From: Methanomassiliicoccales archaeon
GTDB lineage: Archaea > Thermoplasmatota > Thermoplasmata > RBG-16-68-12 > SOIM01
Reading direction: 5' to 3'
NCBI GenBank assembly: GCA_030593295.1
Contig: JAUVHO010000006.1
Span: 281 to 64,280, forward strand
Length of the DNA: 64,000 nucleotides
Both the position numbers and the translations under genes were made by a program. Each line of letters opens with the position of its first letter. The first letter of the stretch is position 1. Below, one piece after another: positions 25,995 through 35,611 of this stretch. The notes beneath the pieces are model-generated. The model worked only from the letters and a program-made list of their open reading frames with translations, did no database searches and had not been told where the DNA came from.

Positions 25995-27611
25995 ATGATG
26001 CCCGTGCATGATGGTGGCAAGCCAATCGTACTCACTTCATCGAGGGCCGAAATCAGCAGATACAGTGGTGACCCTTTTGCAGCCTTCATGGCCACATTCC
26101 CACGCAAGTGGATACCAAAATGGTTCATGAAGGGGGAATGGTTCAATCCGGATGACAACCCGGATGGGACGGCCAAGTTCGTTCCCTACGGACTGAGGAA
26201 GATTGAAGCGCTGTTGGTCGACGAGTTCGGGGAAGAGAACGTCGCCACGGTCCATCCGGAGAATCTGGACAGGTTTGTCGGACCAAGGACCAAGGTGGTA
26301 GGGATTAGTTCTATGGATCCCATGGGTCTTGCGTATGTGAGCATTACATACAACTCCATGATCGGCATCGGAGGTCGTTCGGTGGACGAGGTGGAGTTCG
26401 AGAAGATATTCCGCTCCCCCGCCCTGAACCAGTATCACCCCAGGATTATCGTAGGAGGCAGCGGGGCGTGGCAGCTCAGGGACGCAGGAAAGGTGGACGA
26501 GTTCGGCATCGACACTCTCGTTCATGCCGAGAGCGAATTGATTGTGGTCGACCTGTTCAGGAATGCCATGAACGGCAACGACCTCCCAAGAGAGGTCTCC
26601 GGGACCCGCGTCCCCCTCGAGAAGATACCATCTATCAGGAAAGCGGCCAGCTACGGCGTCGTTGAGATAACCCGTGGATGCGGCAGGGGATGCCAGTTCT
26701 GCTCACCCACTAACAGAACGAGGCATTCGATCCCGGTCGGGTCAGTGATGAAGGAGGTCGAAGCTAACATCAGAGGAGGCGCACGCTCCATCTTCACGGC
26801 GACCGAGGACATGCTTATCTACAAATGCGGACCCAAGTTCGTTCCCAATCGCGAGGCCGTTGTTAACCTCTACCAATCGATTGCGGACTATCCAGGCGTG
26901 GAGCACATCCACCTCTCTCACACGTCTCTGGCACCTGCTGTGAAAGACCCCAAGATGATCGAGGAGCTCACACCCATCCTTATGCCCAAGACCAAATACG
27001 TCAAGGGTTTCAGGAACTATACAGAAACGTTCATCACGGCCCTTTTCGGCATAGAGACTGGAAGCATCAGACTGATGGAGAAGTTCATGAGAGGGAAGGC
27101 TCTCCCTTATGACGTCAAGGACTGGCATGAGGTGGTCACACAAGGCGTCGGAGTATTCAATGACAATGGGTGGAAGCCCATGGGCACTATCATCACCGGT
27201 TGGCCCGGGGAGACCGAGGACGACACACTGCAAAGCCTCGAGCTCCTGGACAAGCTCAAAGGCAGCAAGATGTTCTACGTTCCCCTGCTCTTCATCCCTC
27301 TTGAGGACTCCAAGCTCCGCGATGAGAAGAGAATCTCGCTTGAGACCATGACCGAACTTGAGTGGGAGGTCATGGCCAATTGCTGGAAGGAGAATATCAA
27401 GGTCTGGGACCCCGGCAAACAACCGATCTTCTCGGTGGTCGCCTTCCTCTCATACTTCCTGTTCTACAAGTGGAAGCACGGAACAAAAGCCTTCAGGCCC
27501 ATAATGAAACTCGCTGGATTCCCTGATTCTTTCCTGGGAAAGGTCAGCCGAGGTTGCGACCCGACCCACTGCCTACCTGGAGAAGCGCCAGAAGGTAAGA
27601 TTCTCGGCTAG
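25995..27611 (+). CDS. Radical SAM protein with an N-terminal B12-binding-like domain, function unknown
   Basis: CxxxCxxC motif CGRGCQFC. ATG with a GGGAGGGG SD. TATA-like TTTATACA about 60 nt upstream. Confidence 0.85.
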   Translation: MMPVHDGGKPIVLTSSRAEISRYSGDPFAAFMATFPRKWIPKWFMKGEWFNPDDNPDGTAKFVPYGLRKIEALLVDEFGEENVATVHPENLDRFVGPRTKVVGISSMDPMGLAYVSITYNSMIGIGGRSVDEVEFEKIFRSPALNQYHPRIIVGGSGAWQLRDAGKVDEFGIDTLVHAESELIVVDLFRNAMNGNDLPREVSGTRVPLEKIPSIRKAASYGVVEITRGCGRGCQFCSPTNRTRHSIPVGSVMKEVEANIRGGARSIFTATEDMLIYKCGPKFVPNREAVVNLYQSIADYPGVEHIHLSHTSLAPAVKDPKMIEELTPILMPKTKYVKGFRNYTETFITALFGIETGSIRLMEKFMRGKALPYDVKDWHEVVTQGVGVFNDNGWKPMGTIITGWPGETEDDTLQSLELLDKLKGSKMFYVPLLFIPLEDSKLRDEKRISLETMTELEWEVMANCWKENIKVWDPGKQPIFSVVAFLSYFLFYKWKHGTKAFRPIMKLAGFPDSFLGKVSRGCDPTHCLPGEAPEGKILG

Positions 27612-27614
27612 CCG

Positions 27615-27836
27615 CTACTGCGTCTCGGTGTGATACCTGACGTCCATGCCCTTCAGTGTTTCTTGTATCTTGTCTGCAAGCCATATCGCATCCTCGATCT
27701 TGGCCTTCTTATCCCATTCGTACATGAAATCGAAGTTGCCTTTGGTGGGCTTGAAACCGATCGCCACGAGTCTGTTAACGATTTCTGACGGTCTCGCTCC
27801 CTCGCTGGAGAAGATGACAGACAGATATGTTATCAT
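27615..27836 (-). CDS. Hypothetical small protein (73 aa)
   Basis: The ORF has a plausible alpha/beta composition. TATA-like TCTTATAGTA lies about 25 nt upstream on the minus strand. Confidence 0.45.
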   Translation of the reverse strand: MITYLSVIFSSEGARPSEIVNRLVAIGFKPTKGNFDFMYEWDKKAKIEDAIWLADKIQETLKGMDVRYHTETQ

Positions 27837-27895
27837 GGACCTTTGAAAAGACCACCATACTATAAGATTTGCTGTGTCGAGGTTGCGTCTAATTC

Positions 27896-29107
27896 ATGGT
27901 ATCCACTTCGATAACTTTATATTTCATCAGTATCCTTCTCAGCGCAGGTGCATTCTTGGCCGAAGACGAATCTCTCCGGTGCAGCGTATGTGGATATCCA
28001 AATCCTCAGGGTACTGCCGTTTGTGGCGAGTGCGGTAACAAGTTGGTCCCCTCTACTGAAGATAGCATCGAAGAGGAAGAGATAGATAAGCTGCTCGAGG
28101 ACCTGGGAGAGATCGGAGAACTTTCTGCTCCGCCAAAGGACAAGGGCGGACTCGACATCGAGAAGGAAATCGTTGACGAGCTCTTGGATTCGCTTCTCGT
28201 CGAGGAGGAAGGGGCCGAAGAGGAGCTATTCGAGTGCCCGATGTGTGGCACGACGCTTTCCTCAGATGCGGCTGTCTGCAGCAATTGTGGCGTTGAGTTC
28301 GGGACTCCTGCACTTGCGATCGATGAGGAGCTCCCTCCCCCGCCGCCTCGAGAGGTCGCTGAGGAGGAGGAATTCGAAACCCCTCCAAGCGTAGAGGTAT
28401 CCGAGGTCGATGCGTCCAAGGTCAGAGGCATGAGCGGTAGGATGATCGATTTCGTTGTCATAGGGACCATCGTCGGCCTTCTTGCTGTGTTCTTTGGAAT
28501 GGGTATGTATTCCGCTACCGCGATCAGCGCTGTTTCCTTGGGAGCGTTCGGCGCGGTGGCTGTTGCTGGTATGGTCGTTGGACTGTTACTGTTCAGGATA
28601 AGTACGTCGGCTATGGCCCAGGGCGACAGGCTGGTGAAAGAAGGACGATACTCTGATGCAATAGAATACTACAACAGAGCAATTCGAATGGGCTCAAAGC
28701 CTTCGACCGCATGGTCCAGCAAAGGGGTCGCGTTCAAGAGGATGAACGAGTACGAGGAAGCCCTCAGATGCGAGGACATTGCCATCCAGATGAACGAGAA
28801 GAACGAGTTTGCCTGGTGTAACAAGGGCGACGTGTACTTCAAGCTCGGAAAGTATAAGGATGCAGTTGCGTGCTACGATAAGGCCCTGAAGATTAGGCCC
28901 CGGTACGCCATAGCATGGAACAACAAGGGCGCGGCGCTTGCCAGACTAGATAAGTTCGCCGAGGCCAAGAAGTGCCATGACAAAGCCATCAAACTCAAGC
29001 CCAAGTACATTGCGGCCTGGTTGAACCGCGGGGAGGTTTTGGTCCGGCTGGGTCAGAGGGATGAGGCCGAGAAATCGTTGAACAGGGCCAGATCGCTTGG
29101 GGCTTAG
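27896..29107 (+). CDS. Double zinc-ribbon / TM / TPR-repeat protein
   Basis: Zinc ribbons CSVCGY...CGECG and CPMCG...CSNCG, hydrophobic helices, then at least 5 TPR-like repeats (AWSSKGVAFKRMNEYEEAL..., AWNNKGAALARLDKFAEA...). An alternative TTG start near 27955 has a GGTG SD. Confidence 0.8.
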   Translation: MVSTSITLYFISILLSAGAFLAEDESLRCSVCGYPNPQGTAVCGECGNKLVPSTEDSIEEEEIDKLLEDLGEIGELSAPPKDKGGLDIEKEIVDELLDSLLVEEEGAEEELFECPMCGTTLSSDAAVCSNCGVEFGTPALAIDEELPPPPPREVAEEEEFETPPSVEVSEVDASKVRGMSGRMIDFVVIGTIVGLLAVFFGMGMYSATAISAVSLGAFGAVAVAGMVVGLLLFRISTSAMAQGDRLVKEGRYSDAIEYYNRAIRMGSKPSTAWSSKGVAFKRMNEYEEALRCEDIAIQMNEKNEFAWCNKGDVYFKLGKYKDAVACYDKALKIRPRYAIAWNNKGAALARLDKFAEAKKCHDKAIKLKPKYIAAWLNRGEVLVRLGQRDEAEKSLNRARSLGA

Positions 29108-29706
29108 CCCGAATATCCTTTTGCCACTAGATACGTCTCGCGACTGCTAGACGTTGAGGCTTTTGGTGAGTGTGATTGACTGAACTCGAACAGCTTGGAG
29201 GTTCTCTGGGCGTATTCAGGGAACATGTCCCCTTGGAAGACTTTGACGACCAAACATCCCCCTCTTCCCAGGGTCTGGCCTGCGAACTTCAGCGCGCCCT
29301 CGGCCAGGGACATCGATTTCCCATGATCGACGTGCTTGTTCCCGCTCAGCCTTGGTGCCATGTCCGATAAGATGACATCCGCTTTCCGCTCAATCTCTTC
29401 AAGAACGGCTTCCATTGTCGCAGGGTCCGACAGGTCGCCCCTCACCAATCTGACACCCTCGATAGGTTCCATTCTCTTTCTGTCCACGGCAATCACTACC
29501 CCTTTGGGTCCCACTAACTCCAACGCAATCTGGGACCATCCGCCGGGTGCTGCTCCAAGGTCCACCACGACATCCCCTTCCATGATGATGGAGAACCTCT
29601 CGTTGATCTGAATGAGCTTGTACGCCGCTCTGCTCCTGTAGCCCTTGGCCTTCGCTTTCCTGTAGTAGTCGTCCTTCTTCCTCTGCTTCACCCAGCCTTT
29701 TGTCAT
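29104..29706 (-). CDS. rlmE: 23S rRNA (uridine-2'-O)-methyltransferase RlmE/FtsJ
   Basis: Motifs YYRKAKAKGYRSRAAYKL and VVDLGAAPGGWSQ. The start is set at the internal Met (MTKGWVKQRKKDDYY), which has a GGTGA SD 5 nt upstream. The track ORF extends to 29823. Confidence 0.85.
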   Translation of the reverse strand: MTKGWVKQRKKDDYYRKAKAKGYRSRAAYKLIQINERFSIIMEGDVVVDLGAAPGGWSQIALELVGPKGVVIAVDRKRMEPIEGVRLVRGDLSDPATMEAVLEEIERKADVILSDMAPRLSGNKHVDHGKSMSLAEGALKFAGQTLGRGGCLVVKVFQGDMFPEYAQRTSKLFEFSQSHSPKASTSSSRETYLVAKGYSG

Positions 29707-29849
29707 TCCGGTCACCATCAATGCCACGGATATTAATCGTTTTGGTCGCTCTTCTAAGCGTCCAAACCCGCTGGACACCGAAAATATTAAGGTGCCAGGC
29801 GACAAAGTATTATAATTGGACAAAAAAACGCAGGAGGAGTCGATAAGGG

Positions 29850-30074
29850 ATGATTGAGAGCGACGAGATAACCGATCTCGAGAACCGCCTTGATTGGATA
29901 ACGGGCAGGAGACCCGCCATCAAGATAAAGAAGGCCCGTCGCCCCCTTAAGATAACCGAGTACAATGTGAGAGCTCTGTTCGGCCTGAGTATGAGGGAAC
30001 TGCTCTACATACTCTGCCGTGAACTGGACTATGTAGTGGTCAAGAGGAAATCTAGCATTGAAGTTATTCGATAG
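29850..30074 (+). CDS. Hypothetical small protein (74 aa)
   Basis: ATG with a GGAGGAG SD. TATA-like TATTATAATT lies about 37 nt upstream. Confidence 0.5.
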   Translation: MIESDEITDLENRLDWITGRRPAIKIKKARRPLKITEYNVRALFGLSMRELLYILCRELDYVVVKRKSSIEVIR

Positions 30075-30174
30075 TGAGCATTTTATCGGGCACCGGTCCT
30101 GACTCTCAGCGTAGCCTCTGCACTTTTGGGAAAATCTAAATCCTTTCTCTGCCTACAGTCTCGTACGTGTTCGC

Positions 30175-31197
30175 ATGGTCAAAACATATTCTGAGGCCGG
30201 GGTCGACATAGGAAAGGAAATCGAGTCCATCGATGCCATCGTCGGAGAGCTCAAGTACCGGAGGACGGGATTTGGCGAGGTCTTGGACATCGGACGGCAT
30301 TTCACGGGTCTGGTGGATTTTGGGGAACATGCTCTCTCGCTGTGCACTGATGGTGTAGGTACCAAGCTGATAGTTGCAAATGCGATGAAGAAGTGGGACA
30401 CCGTGGGCATCGACTGCGTCGCGCTGAACGTCAATGACATGATATGCGTTGGGGCCGAACCTTTGGCGTTCGTGGATTACCTGGCAGTCAGCGAGTATGA
30501 TACCGAGGTGGTCAGGCAGATAGGCGTTGGACTCAATCGGGGAGCCGAACTGGCCAATGTCAATCTCATTGGGGGAGAGTTCTCAACCGTACCCGAGATC
30601 GTCAAGGACTTCGATTTAGCTGGCACATGCATGGGCTTCGTCAAGAAAGACAAGATGATCACAGGTGAACGGGTCCGACCAGGCGACTCCATAATCGGCT
30701 TCCGCAGTAGCGGGATCCACTCGAACGGCCTAACTCTCGCCAGGAAGGTGATCTACTCCTCAGGTTTCTCCAACCATGCAGAGCTCCCGATCGGACACGA
30801 AAAGGTGGGGGACTCCCTTCTTGAGCCTTCCACAATCTATGTTCGATCTGTTATGGACCTCATAAAGGAGTTCGATGTCAAGGGAATGGCCAACATTACC
30901 GGAGGCGGTTACAGGAACATCGCCAGGATGAGTTCTGATGTTGAGTTCAGAATAGACGGCCCGTTCGAACCGCAGGTGATATTCGAGAACATCCAGAGCC
31001 TGGGGAAGATAGATGTCAGAGAGATGTACCAGACATTCAACATGGGCCTCGGGTTCACCGCGGTGGTTTCGAGGGACGATGCGGACTCAGTGGTGAACTT
31101 CCTGAAGAGCAGGGTGGAAGCCAAGGTGATCGGTTCCGTGGTTGAAGGCAAAGGGGTGACCATCCCGGAGAAGGATATCCACTATCGGAAGTACTAG
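30175..31197 (+). CDS. purM: Phosphoribosylformylglycinamidine cyclo-ligase (AIR synthetase)
   Basis: YSEAGVDIGKE at the N-terminus, CTDGVGTKL, and the typical 340-aa length. Confidence 0.95.
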   Translation: MVKTYSEAGVDIGKEIESIDAIVGELKYRRTGFGEVLDIGRHFTGLVDFGEHALSLCTDGVGTKLIVANAMKKWDTVGIDCVALNVNDMICVGAEPLAFVDYLAVSEYDTEVVRQIGVGLNRGAELANVNLIGGEFSTVPEIVKDFDLAGTCMGFVKKDKMITGERVRPGDSIIGFRSSGIHSNGLTLARKVIYSSGFSNHAELPIGHEKVGDSLLEPSTIYVRSVMDLIKEFDVKGMANITGGGYRNIARMSSDVEFRIDGPFEPQVIFENIQSLGKIDVREMYQTFNMGLGFTAVVSRDDADSVVNFLKSRVEAKVIGSVVEGKGVTIPEKDIHYRKY

Positions 31198-31208
31198 GAG
31201 TATGTTCT

Positions 31209-31919
31209 ATGGCAGTGAGAGATGTCGAGCTGTTGTCAGACGGGTACTTCAACATTGACACCGGTCTTCTGATCTATGGCAAGACGAAGTACTATGGCAA
31301 GGTGTACAAGGCCGCTTTGAAACCACTTCTCATAGTCGCGGATGATGAATACATCCTCGTGGACACCGGCATCGGGGAGCCTCCGGAGAAGGTCAGGAAG
31401 TTCTACACTCTCGAGAAGACACCAGATCTGGCCACCAGCCTCAGAGAGAACGACTTCTCTGTGGACGACATCTCGACAGTAATCTCCACCCACTTGCATC
31501 TGGACCACACAGGGAACAACGCCCTATTCAAGAACGCCAGGTTCATTGCCCAGGAAGAAGAAATCGAGTATGCCGCCAATCCGGACAGGTTCCAGAAGCT
31601 GGCATATCTTGAGGACACCTCCAAGGCGGTCAGGTACGAGCCTGTTTCCGGCAAATGTGAGATCGTGAAGGACGTCTGGGTGATCCCTACCCCTGGCCAC
31701 ACTCCTGGACATCAATCTGTGGTTGTGAATGGGATACAGAAGTACGTCTACTGCGGGGACGTGTGCCCTCTCAGGGAGAACTACGAGCAGAGGAACATTG
31801 TCGGTGTCCTACACAACTCGGTCCAGGCGTTGGAGTCCATCGATAAGCTCCGAGGAATTGGCGGTTCTCCCATTTACAGTCACGACAATGAGCAGATGAG
31901 CCTAAAACAGAATCATTGA
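31209..31919 (+). CDS. Metallo-beta-lactamase-fold hydrolase (lactonase-like)
   Basis: HxHxDH motif HLHLDHTGN, plus downstream TPGHTPGH. Confidence 0.85.
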   Translation: MAVRDVELLSDGYFNIDTGLLIYGKTKYYGKVYKAALKPLLIVADDEYILVDTGIGEPPEKVRKFYTLEKTPDLATSLRENDFSVDDISTVISTHLHLDHTGNNALFKNARFIAQEEEIEYAANPDRFQKLAYLEDTSKAVRYEPVSGKCEIVKDVWVIPTPGHTPGHQSVVVNGIQKYVYCGDVCPLRENYEQRNIVGVLHNSVQALESIDKLRGIGGSPIYSHDNEQMSLKQNH

Positions 31920-32086
31920 TTGGCGGTTCTCCTCTTGGGCCTGCTGCAGACCGCATACTCGTCCCCGTCAAAGAACACGTCCAGGTCGGGGTTCTTCTGC
32001 TGCAGTTCCTCGATCTTCTCCAAAACATCCTTCAGGGTCACGGAATTGTCAAGCTTGTCTATCTTGTAAAGAACTTTCTTTTTCAT
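31913..32086 (-). CDS. Hypothetical 57-aa protein, below the ORF-track length cut-off
   Basis: Manual translation gives MKKKVLYKIDKLDNSVTLKDVLEKIEELQQKNPDLDVFFDGDEYAVCSRPKRRTANQ. GGAAGGG lies upstream. It overlaps the 3' end of the MBL gene by 7 nt (convergent). Confidence 0.35.
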   Translation of the reverse strand: MKKKVLYKIDKLDNSVTLKDVLEKIEELQQKNPDLDVFFDGDEYAVCSRPKRRTANQ

Positions 32087-32284
32087 TGGTTTCCGACCCT
32101 TCCCACAGCAAGTCTCACTTAAATAGCCATGAATCCAGTTGGATTCCCTTAAACATCTTCAATGGGATATTAATATCTTTCTTCGTGACCATTTTGAACT
32201 CACTGTGAAACTTATTTATAGTTCGCGTAGGATATACACAGTCAGACGTAGTTCGTTACTGGATTGGCACTATTCTAGAGGTGC

Positions 32285-34951
32285 TTGAGTTTGGTCGCTG
32301 AAGAAAAAGGCCAGGAAAAGGATAACAATCCTGACGAAGCGCCTGGCGGTGACTGCCCGAATTGTGGGGGTCCGCTGGACGCGTCAGGAGTGTGTCCTCA
32401 ATGCGACCCTGTATCAGGTTCGGGTGATAATCCCGGGAAGGGCAACCCTGGAAACCCAGGTAAGGAGAAACCTGGTAATCCCGGGAAGGGCAACCCAGGT
32501 AAGGACAACGCTGGCAAGGGAAATCCCGGCAACCCGGGAACCGCAAAGGCGGAAGTTGCGGGCTCGGAGGCTGGGAGCGTCGAGGGGTTTCTGAAAGCTA
32601 TTAACTTGAGCATGGCCACTGCGAAGGTTTTGGGTGATGCGGGATTCAAGACCCTGGATGATTTGAAGAAGGCGTCGATGGAGGACCTGAAGGCACTCGA
32701 AGGTATCGATGAGAAGACTGCCCGCGCCATTCAGGAGAATGCATCTGGCGTTGGAGGCAAGGCCAAACCTAAGAAGAAATCCGACGATGCTCTGAAGAAA
32801 TGGCTGACTGGTGAATCCGAAGACAACGGTTTAACTGTCTGGCTGGGTGGCAATCTGACTGCCAAGAAGGGTGGCGGAACCGCTGCGGCTCCTGCCGGTG
32901 GCGACGATCCGACCATGAACGCTCTCAAGAAATGGTTGAGTGGCGAAGAGGACGCTCTGGGCGAATGGCTGGGCGATGAAGGCGATGAAGCACCCGTGGG
33001 AGGTATTGAAGCTCCTCCGTCCGAAGAGCTCTTGCAGATGGAGAGCCAGCTCTCTGCTCGCGAAGACGAACTGAAGAAGGCTGAGAGTGATTTTGAGAAG
33101 ACTCGGATCGAGACCCAGAAGCTCAAGGAGACGATAGCCAGAGAGCTTGAGAAGATTCAGACTGGCGATTTCGACCCAATGAAGCTTATCGAGGAATCCG
33201 CTGAGATCAGCAGGGACCTGCAGACAGAGATCAAGATACGAAAGGATCTGGAGGAAGACATTGAACACATCAAGAAGGGTACTTCCGCCGTCGTCAAGTA
33301 CCTCAAATCACAGTTGTTGAAAGGTGGCGGTGGAGGGATCGTAAAGAAGAGACTAGCCGAAGCCGATCTGAGGGCCAAGAAACTCGAAGCTGCACTTCAA
33401 GCCACAAAGAGTCAAGTCGAAACACTTACAGCTGAAATGGAGAAGAAGATAGACGAAGCGCCTCCGGACATCAAGGAGATCAAGCGGAAAGAGCTCGCTT
33501 TGGTGGAGAAAGCAGCCGAGGTCAAGGCCAAAGAGGATGAGCTGGATGCCCTCGAGCAAGCCTTGAAGAGTGGCGATGTCACCGTTGGAGGTGGCGGAGA
33601 GTTCTCAGAGGAACAGCTCCAGTCCAGGATGGCAGAGGAGCTGCGTCAGAAAGAGAACGAGTTCCTGAAGGCCGAGGACGGGCTCAAGAAGAAGATAATC
33701 ATATTGGAAGAGGAGATCCAGAAGCACAAGATCGAGGAGAAGCAGCGGGAAGATAGTGCCAGATTGAGGCAGATGGATGCTCCCGAGATCGAGTCGGAGC
33801 TCCTCGCCAAGGAAAAGGAACTCCAGTCAAAGGAGAAGAGCATAATCATCAGGGAGGACGAGATCCATCGTCTGAAAGAAGAGCTCGGCTTCAAGGAGGA
33901 TGAGCTTACCAAACTGAAAGAACCTCTGGGATACAAAGAAGAAGAGATGCTCAGACGAGAGGAGGACCTGCTCTACAGGGAAAAGCTTCTCATACAAGAG
34001 AAGAGGAAGATGGAAACGGCCAAGAAGCAAGGTTTCGGCGTGGAAGAGCAGGACATGAAGGACAGGCTGGAATCCCTGAAGACCGAGATCCAGAGGAAGG
34101 AGGACGAGGTCAGGGCCAAGGAGAAGTACCTCAAGGCGAAGATGGAGGAACTCAGGCTCAGAGAACAGGGACTGATCGAAGAGGAGATAGAGGCCAGAGA
34201 AGAAGAGAGGGCCCTGGAACTGCAGCAGGATAAGGTCAAGACGGGAATACCAAGACTGGACGACCTGCTTCTTGGCGGTGTGCCCTTCGACTCCAATGTG
34301 CAGATCTACGGTCCGGCTTACGTAGGAAAAGAGGTCATCGTTAACGCGTTCATGGCTGAAGGCCTCAAGAAGGGGATACCTGCAATTTGGGTTCTTACAG
34401 AGAAGACGCCAAATGAGATCAGGGAAGAGATGAGGTTCGTTGTTTCCGGTTATGAGGAGTACGAGAAGCTGGGCCTGGTTCACTATGTCGACGCATATTC
34501 CAAGAGCATGGACGCTGAAGAGGACGACGAGTACGTCACGTACGTGGAAGACCCCACAGACCACCAAGGGATTATGAAAACCGTGAACGCGCTCGCTAAG
34601 GAGTTCAAGAAGAAACACGAGTACTATAGACTGGCCTTCCGATCGGTGTCAACTCTCGTCGCTTATCTGGACGTGCAGACCGCGTTCAAGTTCCTGCAGT
34701 CGTTCGCTGGCAGGAGGAAGAGGGACAAGGCGGTCTCGCTCTACATGGTCGAGAAGGGCATGCACCAGGACCAGGAGATTCAGATGATGGGGTCAATGAT
34801 GGACGGGATGATCGACCTCAAGGTCGAGCAGTTGAAATCTTATCTGTCCATACATGGCGTTTGCGATGTCCAGTCCCGCGCATGGATCAAGTACACCTAC
34901 AGCAAGCACGGTGTCAGCATCGGTTCGTTCTCGTTGGATCATATCAGGTAG
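32285..34951 (+). CDS. Zinc-ribbon / GNPGK-repeat / HhH / long coiled-coil / RecA-KaiC-like (degenerate Walker motifs) protein, 888 aa
   Basis: Zinc ribbon CPNCGG...CPQC. HhH-like segment SMATAKVLGDAGFKTLDDLKKASMEDLKALEGIDEKTARAI. E/K-rich heptad-like region of about 400 aa. C-terminal GIPRLDDLLLGGVPFDSNVQIYGPAYVGKE. TTG start; an alternative TTG lies at 32291. Confidence 0.85.
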   Translation: MSLVAEEKGQEKDNNPDEAPGGDCPNCGGPLDASGVCPQCDPVSGSGDNPGKGNPGNPGKEKPGNPGKGNPGKDNAGKGNPGNPGTAKAEVAGSEAGSVEGFLKAINLSMATAKVLGDAGFKTLDDLKKASMEDLKALEGIDEKTARAIQENASGVGGKAKPKKKSDDALKKWLTGESEDNGLTVWLGGNLTAKKGGGTAAAPAGGDDPTMNALKKWLSGEEDALGEWLGDEGDEAPVGGIEAPPSEELLQMESQLSAREDELKKAESDFEKTRIETQKLKETIARELEKIQTGDFDPMKLIEESAEISRDLQTEIKIRKDLEEDIEHIKKGTSAVVKYLKSQLLKGGGGGIVKKRLAEADLRAKKLEAALQATKSQVETLTAEMEKKIDEAPPDIKEIKRKELALVEKAAEVKAKEDELDALEQALKSGDVTVGGGGEFSEEQLQSRMAEELRQKENEFLKAEDGLKKKIIILEEEIQKHKIEEKQREDSARLRQMDAPEIESELLAKEKELQSKEKSIIIREDEIHRLKEELGFKEDELTKLKEPLGYKEEEMLRREEDLLYREKLLIQEKRKMETAKKQGFGVEEQDMKDRLESLKTEIQRKEDEVRAKEKYLKAKMEELRLREQGLIEEEIEAREEERALELQQDKVKTGIPRLDDLLLGGVPFDSNVQIYGPAYVGKEVIVNAFMAEGLKKGIPAIWVLTEKTPNEIREEMRFVVSGYEEYEKLGLVHYVDAYSKSMDAEEDDEYVTYVEDPTDHQGIMKTVNALAKEFKKKHEYYRLAFRSVSTLVAYLDVQTAFKFLQSFAGRRKRDKAVSLYMVEKGMHQDQEIQMMGSMMDGMIDLKVEQLKSYLSIHGVCDVQSRAWIKYTYSKHGVSIGSFSLDHIR
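32423..32548 (+). repeat. Coding low-complexity repeat GNPGK/GNPGNPGK
   Basis: It encodes GDNPGKGNPGNPGKEKPGNPGKGNPGKDNAGKGNPGNPG. Confidence 0.85.
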
Positions 34952-35010
34952 TGCTGCTATCTTTTTCAATATCGAATACGAATATTCTTCCGGAAAATCA
35001 TACGGACAGC

Positions 35011-35451
35011 CTATGCAACCTCGATGCCTGAGGATGGAGTTGCCGATGCTTTGCCCTTGATATTCACCTTGGGCATGGGTATGGGCGGTGGAAGTCTGAC
35101 GTCCCTCGCGATCATCACGGCCTCCGGAATGCAGTTGTTCATTATCATTGTGTGTATCTCGCTGGCAACGTTGTCCGGCATCTTCCCCTCGGTCGACCAT
35201 TGCTTGGCCAACGCTGGTGCATCTCCCTCGTAGACCATGCTCCCCTCTATCTTGATCACGCCGAGACCGCTGTAGGTTGCAGTGAATCTGAATTCAACGT
35301 TGGCCTCGCGGTCGTTCCTCTCGACTATCAGAGTAACGGTGCTGTTGTGGTCGATCCGGATGTTCCTAGGTTTCTCCCCCATCTTGGAGAATCTCTTGCC
35401 GTCCACGCCCGTCAGTTCAAAGTGCTTTATTGTCATCTTCTCGTTTACCAT
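35011..35451 (-). CDS. Conserved-looking hypothetical protein (146 aa)
   Basis: A clean ORF with mixed beta-rich composition (VTLIVERNDREANVEFRFTATYSGLGVIKIEGSMVY...CIPEAVMIARDVRLPPPIPMP). No confident family assignment. Confidence 0.6.
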   Translation of the reverse strand: MVNEKMTIKHFELTGVDGKRFSKMGEKPRNIRIDHNSTVTLIVERNDREANVEFRFTATYSGLGVIKIEGSMVYEGDAPALAKQWSTEGKMPDNVASEIHTMIMNNCIPEAVMIARDVRLPPPIPMPKVNIKGKASATPSSGIEVA

Positions 35452-35611
35452 AAGGTCGGATTGAGAATAAAGAATTTTCCCTAAGGTTGACCGCGATTCG
35501 ACGGATTAGAACACCGTCGTGTGTCGGTGGTTTTGTGGGGAAAATAGGGGAGCCATCTTATCATAGTAATATTTATATACAAACCCCTGAATATAGGCGC
35601 GGTGATATGGG

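Noticed and set aside
26742-27422. 226-aa minus-strand ORF
   Set aside because: It is antisense to the radical SAM gene and has no recognisable features.
33827-34618. 263-aa minus-strand ORF, plus other antisense ORFs at 32398-33936
   Set aside because: They are mirror images of the E/K-rich coiled-coil coding region (Leu/Phe-rich low complexity). They are frame artefacts.
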